Below, in pieces: positions 20,861 through 31,619 of a stretch of 64,000 nt of DNA. The stretch is from the human T2T-CHM13v2.0 reference genome, Homo sapiens: the NCBI GenBank assembly GCA_009914755.4, contig CP068257.2, positions 36,192,001-36,256,000 of the forward strand, written 5' to 3'. The notes below the pieces were generated by a model. It was not told where the DNA came from. It saw nothing but the letters and a program-made list of their open reading frames with translations, and did no database searches. Each line of letters starts with the position of its first letter. Within the stretch, counting starts at the first letter, position 1. A program made the position numbers and the translations under genes.

Positions 20861-23800
20861 TTATTTACTTTTCTACTTTGGGCTGGAGCAAAGGCAAGTG
20901 GGGGTAGGTGCCTTTCATGTTCCCTCTGGGAGCTGGGGGCCTCCAGCTTTGGAGAGGTGCTTCTGCACTTGGGTTTGGTTGGGGCTCCTGGATGTCACCT
21001 GGGCACCCCACTGGCTTGGAAGGGGCTGGGAACACATCCCGCTGCTGGGTGTGTGGGGGCCAGGGGGCAGTGATGGAGACAGAGGCAGAGGTGTGTGGAG
21101 CTTGTGGCCCCAGTGATGATGGTGGCCGCCTGGCTCAGGCCTCTGTGTCTGAGTTGCCAAGCTGGGCTGGTAATGCAGTGACTCATGTCGTGAACAGCTG
21201 CTTTGCCCATGATTACTTTCTGTAAGAGGAGTGGCAAATGAGGAAGGCCAAAGTCCCTGTGAACCCATGCGAGAGAGGAAGACACTGGAGTGAAATGCTC
21301 CATGGAGGCTTTGCCCACGCAGGGGTGCCCCCGAGATGGGGGCAAATGGAACCAAGTGAAAAGGTCCATAGCTGCCCCAGAGCCGGGCTTTCCATTACCA
21401 ATAACTTGGAAAGGCAAAATGAGTGAGAAAAATTATTATTGAGGAAGTCATCGGGCAGGCCCTAAAACCTGCTGTTGTGGAAAGAATGACACTCTCGTTC
21501 CATGTTCTGGGAGAAAATGGCCAGCTCTGCTCAGAATCAGGGTCCCCGCCTCCTCCACCTGCCCACTTTCCTGCTCTCCTGTGTCTGTCAGTCCCCAAGG
21601 CAGTGGTATTTCCAACTCCCCGACAACACCATCACGATGGAAAAATCAGTGCATCTTTCTGAGCCTCAATCAGATCATCAATTAAATACAGATTCTTATG
21701 TCTGAATTGTCTCCACAGTCAGGTGGCTGACCAGACAGACTCTCCTGGTGGCTTCCTGGAGTGGTTCAGGTTGATCATCCCAGTGTTAGGCAAGTGGAAG
21801 GTGGGAGGCCGTAGCCTGGAGACCACAGGCCTAGGGAGGGTCTGAGACTGACTAGCAAATCCTGCCATTACTGCAGAAGAATAAATGCCTGGGTCTGTTT
21901 GGCCTTCCTCTTCCTTCCTGGTTTCATCTACAGCATTGATTTTCAACTACTCCCCTGGGGGTGACTTTGCTCCCCCAGGGAAAATTTAGACATGTCTGAA
22001 GTCACCTTGTTGTCATACCTAGAGGGAGGGTGCTACTGGCTTCCGGTGGGTTGAGGTCAAGTTGATCATCCTACAATTCACATCAAGAATTACACAGCTG
22101 ACAAATCTCACTGGTGGCCACGCTGAGAAAGCCCAGTTCATTCCTTCCCAGTGCCAGAGAGAAGGTGTGGGCATCAGAGAGGTGAGTTTCTTACCAACCA
22201 AGTAAGGGACATTCATCAGAAGGTGAGGGGCAACGTGATCTCCAAGACAGCAGAAAGAAAGGAGATGAATTTTTAGGTAACAGTTTTAGCCCCATTTCCA
22301 TTTGCACAAAGACCAGTAATAACTTACAGGAATGTCACGCGTGATGGTTCTAAAATTTTGCTGTTTTGCAAACCCCTGCATGTTTGTACCAGTTAAATGC
22401 TTTAAGCCACATGCTCATTCTGGATATGGCAAGGGAGGGAATTGCATTCTTATTTGGAAATGGCCGTTAGGGGGAAGATCCTGGGCAGTGAGTGCAGGAG
22501 GCAGCAAATAAAAACTACAGGATCAAGAAAGTCCCACCCTGAGGGACATGGGAGGGAGAAGAAGGGAGAGCAGGCAAGGCGGGAAGCCCCCCTTGCATGG
22601 AGACATGGCTCAGGCCTTCTAGTCCATTTCAGCCCTGTCAGCCTCAGAGGTAGGTAGGATCTCTGATTCCAACTGAACATGCCTGTAATCTCAACCAGGA
22701 AGCAATTATCCTTGAGTTTAAAAGATGTTTTCCAGTAAGGACAAACGTATCTCACAGTGAAAAAATACCAGCTTTTCAGAGGAGCACAGACAGGGAAGAG
22801 CCTACTAGCTTGCTTTTGCTTTCAATCAAAGGCTGCTTTTCTGCCTAATGGTGGGACTGAAATGATACATTGTACAGGGACTGCACTAATGTGATGAAGA
22901 AGCATAAACGAAGTTTCTGCTGCTGCTCCCAGCCAGCCCTTCTTAGTATCCACTGAGTGCCTCACTCCCCTGGTCCTGCAGGTAACCCAGCAATGAATAA
23001 CAAAAGAGAGGCTGAATCCCTCAGTTACAAGTTGAGATGACAGGAGGCAATTTGGCAAGCATGAGCAGACAGGGGTGGTGAAGGAAAGCTCTTGGAGCCA
23101 TAGGAGAGCATGAAAACCCGCCTCTAGGTTGGCCTTCAGGACCTGTTCCCAGAAGTACATGGCAGAAGCTCTTGGTAAGGGAATGACTGCTTCTGTTAGT
23201 ACCTGTGCTGGCAACTCAAAACCTGCACCTGCCTCCAGTCCTGTAGCTCACCTAGCTCAGCTCACCCTGCAGGAGGGGCACACGGTCCTGGGGCAAAGGA
23301 GGCAGGGGAATGCGCAAGGAGGGGAAGTGGAGAATTGTCAGAAGGCGGTCTTGCGGGGAGAGACTGGGCAGCCTTAGTGATACCTGCCCACTATGGAAGA
23401 GGAAGGCAAATGAGAAGGGAGGTTTTGGAGAGAAGAAAGGCAGTAGAGGGAAGTAAGTACCATTCTGCAGGGACAGTAGAAGGCACACTGATGGACAGCT
23501 GAGGGGGATGGAGTCCCTGTGGGACTTTAAGAAGACCCCAAACCTCCTTTATAAAGGAAGTATGCCTCTGGTAGGGACATAGCAATGTTTTCCTGGGTGG
23601 TTGTCACTGCAGAGCTCATTAGACAATAATCAGAAATAAAACATCACAGCCATGTCTTAAAATATGTAATGGCAGGAACTGAGTTGTCAAGAGTAATGAG
23701 TTTAAGTCAAGTTACTTTTGAGATGATGCTATAACTACCTGCGTGAGTGTGAACCTGAGATAAGGATCTTAGTATTTAAAGTGCCTAAATTTCATTGGTA

Positions 23801-24463
23801 GGGAGAAAGTGCATTTTAAAAAGCACCATCTAGTGGGCCTGGAGTAGCTTTTGTCCCGGGGGATAAAGGGTCATTTAGCACCTTAAAGACCATATACGAT
23901 GAACAGCTCTGCCCCGCGTGAGGTGACACAACGTCTTCCTCGGCCCTTAACTCCCAGCCCAGCTACAGGATCTACAGAAATCTACAGGATTCTCCCATTG
24001 TCAGGAACCCTGGGACCTCCGGATGAATGGGCTCCCATCTAGAATTCTGACACCTGCTTTCCTGGCTCTTTGTCTTGGTTGCTGGGACCCAGGCTTTGTC
24101 TTTGTAGGCAGGTGGTTCTGGAGGCATGGGGCAGTCATCTGCTCTCTGACGGTCAACTCAGGTTTTCCCCGTGCCCATCCTGGTCTGTCTGTCCTCAGGT
24201 CCCTGCCTCACCCTTAACCTGCTCAGCTCTGTATCTGGTGGGGGGCGGGGAAGCTCTGTCAGCTGACATCCAGATGGGCTTAGCCAGTGGGGGCTCCACT
24301 GGGAGCCTGGAGGTCGGTGGGAAGAGAGAACCAAGGTATTTCTCTCCCTCTTCTTGGCCTATAGAGGCGTCTCTGGCAGTGACCATACCTCCTGCATGGC
24401 TCAAGCTTTCATCAGACAGGTAGGCTGTCGTTCCAATTCTGTCGCCCCTTTCCATCCCTATGA

Positions 24464-24858
<395 letters not shown>

Positions 24859-27332
24859 TAGCATGCAGTTCAGCCCCTCTGTCTTCTGGTGACCATACAT
24901 CCTCCTTCCAAACACAGAGTGGAATTGTGCCCCCTTCATCTTGGAAGTTAGGCGAGGTTATTGACTTGCTTTGGCTAATGCAATCAGAGCAGAAGTGACA
25001 TGTGTCATGTGTCACTTCTGGATGGAATTTTAAGATGCAGTGTCAATATACCATGTGCTCTTCCCCACCATGGCCATGGATGTGAAAACGCAGGTGGAGA
25101 TGCAGCCTCCGAGACTGTGGGGGTCCCAGGGTGACCCTAACATGTCCAGTTCATGGCTGACCAGTGTGGACAAGTGGCATAAAGGAGAAATAAACGTGTG
25201 TGCATATGCATGTACATTCAGCCACAGAGATGTTTTTGTTATTGCAACATAACTTAGCCTCATGCCACTGATATACACACACCTGCCCTATTTGTATCCT
25301 AGAGAGTAGGGAGTTCTTTCCCAAAGGGCACACTGACTGTGGACCAAAAATAACTCCAAACAACTGAAGCCTGTGCCTACCAATGGAAAACCCTAAACTC
25401 AATATATTTGCATTTGAACCAATTGTAACAGCTTATCAAATGACTCCTTCTACCACCTGCATTTCTAGCCCTGGGGTGTCTCGAAAGCTTCGCCAAGCCT
25501 CTCTCCTAAGCTCAAAGTCCTTTCTTGTCCTCCACTACATCCCACTGGTCACCACCTCTTAAATTCATTTCAGATCCACTCTTGTCTAGGTCCCCAGAGC
25601 CTCTCAGCTCATGTGGTGTGCCAGCTCCTGGATTCTTTCATCCGTGTATGCCCAACCTGCAATCCACGCCATGATGCCTCAGTGGATTCCTTCTAAAATG
25701 CTGATCTTCTTTGAAACCTTCAGCACTGCCCCATTACCCACAGGAAAAATTCAAGCCACATACAGGCCCTTTTATAATCTGACCTCTCCTATCTGCCCAG
25801 TCATCTGCTATCAATGCTTTGCTCTTCCGCCACCTCTGTCTTCCTGCATGACGTTCTAGCACTTACAGTCCCATTGGCTGCCTGGTGGAACCCTGATCAT
25901 CCTTTGGGTGCCTTTTTGATGCAGGAGCACACTGGGGTCTGTAAAAGGAAAGCCTCGTGGCCTGCACCTGCAAGCTACAGCGACTTACAGGATGCTTCTG
26001 CAAGAACGCATGCCACATGTCATAGCTGTTACTCTCTTGCCTCCTTTGCCCCCAAATGTTGCGCCTGGTGCAGGCAGGAACCCCATCTTTTTGTCTTTCT
26101 GTGCCTTAACACAATGCCAGAGCTATAATAACCACCCCATAAAAAAGGGAATAAATGATTAAAAACCACTCTGCTTTAATTGAGCTAATTTAATGTGTGG
26201 TGATTGTAATTGGTTCTCTGTCTTCATTTCATCTGACACAACAGCATTTCAAATCTGTACTAAATTTGAGCTGTTTCTTTAGTCATAGGAGGAATTCCCT
26301 CTATATCAAAGCAGACAGCCAAGACCTCTGAACCCCTCACAGAGCAGGTCCTTGACTCTTTGCAGAAAAAGAAACCATAGTCTTTTTGCCTGTTTCTGGC
26401 TGGATGAAGATTCAGCCCCTGGAGCTACTCAGAATAAAGCTGCTGCTCTGTTATTTATTTGGAAATGATGAGTACCTCTTCTCTGCTCCATGTGGATGTG
26501 TTATGGTGGTGATTTCAAGGTGGACCATGACCAAAGGGATGGCTGGGGTAGAATGGCTCATGACAACAACCCCTAGGGACGCTCTGGCTGCCAAGGAAAA
26601 GTGGGGAGTGGGCATGCCTGAGAGAGACTGGCAGGATAGAGACAGAAAGCAAGAGGAAGCCAACTCCTTCTGCCAAGATGCAGAGACAGCCACAGGTAGC
26701 TCAGGCGGCCCCCACTTACTGATGCAGTAATGCATGGCAGACACACAACTGATGCAGAGAAGGGGACAGAAGTGTGATTTCAGCTTGCCAGCAGAACCCT
26801 GAGGTTGGAGGTGGGGGGTCCTAGGGAAGGGATCCTGCAGCCAGGAGAAGACATCAGGGCCAAGTCCACTGCCTGTTCAACTCTTGCAACTCCAACACCA
26901 TGCACAAGACCAGATATCTGATTACAATTTAAATATCAATGAAACCATGTGGCAAGACTTCCTGCGCTGTATTTGATGCATTCCCAGGACCTCCAAGGTT
27001 GGAGGGCAGTGATGTGTCAGCAGACAATGACCATGAAGAAAATTACCTTTGGAAATTTATGTAAGAACAGCCTGCAAAGTATTCCATGCAGACCATGATT
27101 CAGAGCTTTCGGGCTATTTGCCTGCCTCTGGACATCTCCAATTTGTCATCATCTGAGAGGCCAGGACAGAGTCTACTAGGCTGTGTCACCTCTGATGATG
27201 GCACGGTTTGGGTCACTGCATGCCTGTCTTTAGACAATATTGGGAGCCTCCACTAGAATCAGGCTTTCAGTTTCATTTCAGTCAGTGGGTGTAGTGGTAA
27301 AGTGCTGGTTACCAGCGAGCAAGCTGAGAGTC

Positions 27333-27361
27333 ACCCTAACCCTAACCCTAACCCTAACCCT
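27333..27361. repeat. Interstitial telomere-like repeat (CCCTAA), about 4.8 units
   Basis: caccctaaccctaaccctaaccctaaccctcc. Confidence 0.9.
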
Positions 27362-27488
27362 CCAGTGTGGGCTTTCTGGTTGCCTCATTTGGAATGGGCT
27401 TCTGGTAGTCTAAGTATGAAAATATCCACTGTGAAGATGCAAATAGAGATTAACATTTCAAAGGGTAGTGTTAAAAAATTGGCAGCCC

Positions 27489-28425
27489 ACTTTTTGATGC
27501 GATCTATCCATCTGACAAAGGGCTAATATCCAGAATCTACAAATAACTTAAACAAAATTTACACGAAAAAAACAAACAACCCCATCAAAAAGTGGGTGAA
27601 GGATATGAACAGGCACTTGTCAAAAGAAGACATTTATGCAGCCAACAAACATATGAAAAAATGCTCATCATCACTGGTCATTAGAGAAATGCAAATCAAA
27701 ACCACAATGAGATACCATCTCAAGCCAGTTAGAATGGTGATCATTAAAAAGTCAGGAAACAACAGATGCTAGAGAGGATGTGGAGAAGTAGGAACATTTT
27801 ACACTGTTGGTGGGAGTGTAAATTAGTTCAGCCATAGTGGAATACAGTGTGGCGATTCCTCAAGGATCTAGAACCAGAAATACCATTTGACCCAGCAATC
27901 CCATTACTGGGTATATACCCAAAGGATTATAAATCATTCTACTATAAAGCCACATGCACACACATGTTTATTGTGGCACTGTTCACAATAGCAAAGACTT
28001 GGAACCAACCCAAATGCCCATCAATGATAGACTGGATAAAGAAAATGTGGCACATATACACCATGGAATACCATGCAGCCATAAAAAAGGATGAGTTCAC
28101 GTCCTTTGCAGGGACATGGATGAAGCTGGAAACTATCATTCTCAGCAAACTAACACGAGAACGGGAAACCAAACACTGCATGTTCTCACTCATAGGTGGA
28201 AGTTGAACAATGAGAACACATGGGCACAGGGAGGGGAACATAACATACCAGGGCCTGTCAGGGGTTGGGGGGCCAGAGGAGGGATAACATTAGGAGAAAT
28301 ACCTAATGTAGATGATGGGTTGATGGGTGCAGCAAACCACCATGGCATGTGTATACCTCTGTAACAAATCTGCACGTTCTGCACATGTATCCCAGAACTT
28401 AAAGTATTATATATAAAAAAAGATT
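27489..28425 (+). mobile_element. LINE-1 (L1PA-like) 3' end, 5'-truncated within ORF2, with poly-A and a 15-bp target-site duplication
   Basis: ...catctgacaaagggctaatatccagaatctacaaataacttaaacaaaatttacacgaaaaaaacaaacaaccccatcaaaaagtgggtgaaggatatgaacaggcac... runs through ...gggttgatgggtgcagcaaaccaccatggcatgtgtatacctctgtaacaaatctgcacgttctgcacatgtatcccagaacttaaagtattatatataaaaaaagatttaaaaaaa. ORF 27847..28206 gives the L1 ORF2 C-terminus. The flanks aaaaaattggcagcc at 27474-27488 and aaaaaattggcagcc at 28426-28440 are identical. Confidence 0.9.
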
Positions 28426-28494
28426 TAAAAAAATTGGCAGCCTTTGGAAGGTTGAAAGTTCACAGGCTGTGAACTGCCACACTTAGTTTGCTAA

Positions 28495-28760
28495 TTTTTA
28501 GACCCCATGAACCCTCTCTTTGTTAAATCTCTCCCTACCTCCTCTCCCTCTTTGCCTACCTGTCTTGTCTTTGCTCCTTGTAATTCTGTCTCGGTCCTCC
28601 TCAATACCCCCTTCTCTTGGGCTTTCATCATATACCATACATATATTTTCTCTATGCTTTGTGCGTGTTTTTGTTGTTTCTCTATCTCTTCTTCCACATC
28701 TACTTTTCTTCCCTTCTCCATTTTTTTTCTTATCCTTATCATGCCCGTCCTCGTTTCAAT
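28495..28760 (+). repeat. Pyrimidine-rich (CT-rich) low-complexity tract of about 270 bp
   Basis: ccctctctttgttaaatctctccctacctcctctccctctttgcctacctgtcttgtctttgctccttg...cttcttccacatctacttttcttcccttctccattttttttcttatccttatcatgcccgtcctcg has almost no purines on the + strand. The track ORFs 28507..28767 and 28520..28762 are by-products of this composition. Confidence 0.8.
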
Positions 28761-30281
28761 AATGTGACGTAAAATATTTTAAAGTATTTTTAATGTATTA
28801 AAGTTGCTGTAATTTTTTTCACAGCAAAGTCGTCAGAAAAATAAAGGTGGTTTTATTCAAACATTTAAAATTTGCTAATGTTAATCAAACATTTAAAATC
28901 TATCTCTTGCTTGCCCTTAAAAAAATGATCGAAGTTGACTTTTTGGAGGTGGTTGATGAATGGCACGTAGCGGAAAGAAATGCACCTCTTCCCTGCTCTA
29001 GAAGAAGACATTCCTTTCCCATTATGGTATTTGCTTAGCCATTGATGTGGCTAGCCATTTGCTAGCATGTGGACACCTAGGGTGATGGGAGAAGAATCTC
29101 TATCCAGTTCTAGTTAAACATAGAGATGTTCTAGTAACCAGATGGTTTTTGCTTGGCAGTTTAACAAGCAAAGTGTTTATTGGCTTTGGAAACCCATTCA
29201 TAGCATTGTGTTTTGGGTATTCATGGTTCTGTCTGTTTTTTTTTTTTCTTCCAGAGTGTGGCCATGGTTTATGTTCCCATCAATTTTATTGTGTGGTAAT
29301 TATATGTTAATTCTTTGCTCAGCCTACTGATAGAATATCCTTACCTAATTATGTATTTCATTGTAGATTTCTATGTAAAATAAGTGTGTGGTATATTTAA
29401 TTAGTCATGAGTTTAATTTAAATGAAATGTTTGGTATGTTGACCACATGATTAGCATTTTGTAGCATCTATAGAAGTTGCCTCACATCTTATATATTTTA
29501 TAATTTGCTGTATCTTTGTAAGGACCAATAAACTCGGACATTGGGTACGACTCTAAGGTCTGTTCTCAACTTTTAAATTTCCTTATGCATTGAGAAACAT
29601 TTATGCAATCTTTTTCATAATGACAGAGCACATTAGAAGAATGGGTGCACCCAGTCATTGACCCAAGGATTCGGAATTCAACTTTGATAGAATTCTCTTA
29701 TGACAGTTGATTCACAGACCAAAATCATTAGAGATATTGTTCAGCCAAACCTGAAACCTAAAACCAATAAATCGATAGTCAGGTGAAGAGCTCTTATTTA
29801 AATGTATCTGGAAACCAATATAGATGGAAAAATAAAAATAGCTTTATCAGAAATATTAATCAGTACGGTACCCTTCCAATTCAGTCAGGTGAGTTAAAAA
29901 TAATATTCACTGAACCAGAGTATCCATTTCTAACAGAAGGAAGCCTTGGGAAAACTGTTAGCATCATAACTTATGTGCAACACCATCTGATGTAATTCAC
30001 CCAGACACCTGAGACTCCATTCATGGACAATGATGCTTAGGTTCTAAGCCACTGATCCTCCTGTCATTTAGAGAACGTGGCGAATTTGGACTTAAAGATT
30101 AGAAAGAAATCTGCTCATGTGCTGTGGATTGTGAATTAGTTGATAAGGCCCACGGATCCACTGCATATTTGGACAATACAGGCTGGTCCATTTTGTGATG
30201 GCACTGGCCACATTCTTTCATTCCAGGTCTGAGAAGAGCACATTTCATCACTTTAGGATGCTTTCACTTACAGAGAACCAG

Positions 30282-30684
30282 TGATATGATTTGGCTCTGT
30301 GTCCCCACGCAAATCTCATATTGAATTGTAACCCCCAATGTTGGAGGTGGGGCCTGGTGAGAGATGATTTGATCACGGGGGCGGATTTCCCCTTCAGTGC
30401 TGCTCTAGTGATACTGAGTAAGTGCTCGAGAGATCCAGTTGTTTAAAAGTGTATGGAACCCCCTCCCCCTACTTCCTCCTGTTCTGGCCATGTGACATGC
30501 CTGCTCCTTTTTTGCCCTTCACCATGATTGTAAGTTTCCTGGGGCCTCCCCAGAAGCTGATTAGATGCCAGCACCATGCTTCCTGTACAGCCTGTGGAAC
30601 TGTGGAGCTAATGAAACCTCTTTTCTTTATCAATTACCCAGTCTCGGGTAATTCTTTATAGCAGTGCAAGAATGGACTAATACA
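30282..30684 (+). mobile_element. MaLR solo LTR of the THE1/MST type, full length with a perfect 5-bp target-site duplication
   Basis: tgatatgatttggctctgtgtccccacgcaaatctcatattgaattgtaacccccaatgttggaggtggggcctggtgagagatgatttgatcacggggg...ctaatgaaacctcttttctttatcaattacccagtctcgggtaattctttatagcagtgcaagaatggactaataca. It is flanked by accag on both sides, at 30277-30281 and 30685-30689. Confidence 0.9.
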
Positions 30685-31315
30685 ACCAGTTTGGGGTTTT
30701 TCAAACCAAGTTGTAAATTCTTTTAACATTTTCAGTTTGCAAGACTACAGGTGGAAAAAAAGGACAGAGCAGAGAGCAGGGCAGGAGATGATACAGAAAT
30801 AAGAGCAGGGGAGAGGGGTGTCAGTGCTGAAGGGATTTTTTTCTTTACCCAGTCCTTTCATCACAGTGAAATTAGCATGTGTTCAAGACTTATGTAAAAT
30901 TACACAGAGGTTTGGGGTCAGGAATGAAAGGAAATCAATGTAAATAACTTTTTAACGTTATATTTTCTTGGTATGGGTGGATATTTTGGAATAAAGATTC
31001 ACTTACCATGCTACAGAGGAAGACCTGTATTTAATAGTCTCATGATTAGAGGAGGAGGAAGGTGCACAGTTAAATGTGGGCAACATTAATGGTTAATTTT
31101 TGCAGGCCAAATTTAATAAGGTGTTCATGGAGAAGTGTTCGTAAGCCTCCATTGTAACTTTCCATATGAAATCTATCATCAGGAGAAATTTCCATTTTTC
31201 AAAGGAAAAAAATATGCCTTGTATTTCATATTCATATGGTCTTTAATAATTAGACTTCATCATAGAAAACTGCATTTCTCATTTGAAGAAGGCTTTATTC
31301 TAATAAATTCCACTT

Positions 31316-31619
31316 TCCTTTTTTATTTTTATTTTTTATTTTGAGACCAGGTCTTGCTCTGCTGCCCAGACTAGAGTACACTTGGCTCACTTCAACCTCC
31401 ACCTCCCAGGTTCAAGTGATTCTCCTGCCTCAGCTTCCGAATAGCCATAATAGGGATTGCAGGCATGCACCACCATGCTCAGCTTATTTTTGCATTTTTA
31501 GTAGAGACAGGGTTTCACCATATTAGCCAAGCCGATCTTGAACTCCTGACCTCAAGTGATCTGCCCGCCTCAGCCTCCCAAAGTGCTGGGATTACAGGCA
31601 TGAGCCACTGTGCCCAGCC
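31316..31619 (-). mobile_element. Alu SINE, antisense
   Basis: ttttattttttattttgagaccaggtcttgctctgctgcccagactagagtacacttggctcacttcaacctccacctcccaggttcaagtgattctcctgcctcagcttcc...tttttagtagagacagggtttcaccatattagccaagccgatcttgaactcctgacctcaagtgatctgcccgcctcagcctcccaaagtgctgggattacaggcatgagccactgtgcccagcc. Confidence 0.95.

Noticed and set aside
20090-21430. Dense set of overlapping ORFs on both strands (for example 20366..20842 at 158 aa, 20915..21355 at 146 aa, 20995..21417 at 140 aa) as a possible compact gene cluster
   Set aside because: The region is GC-rich, so stop codons are rare in all frames. The ORFs overlap each other in different frames and strands, and the translations are P/G/S/R low-complexity. 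No start or splice context is present.
27333-27361. CRISPR-like or other prokaryotic repeat arrays (the telomeric hexamer run, 12398-12503 and 20456-20501)
   Set aside because: None has the required regular direct repeats of 25-40 bp separated by unique spacers of similar length. They are a hexamer microsatellite, a 2-copy tandem duplication and a 3-copy 13-mer.
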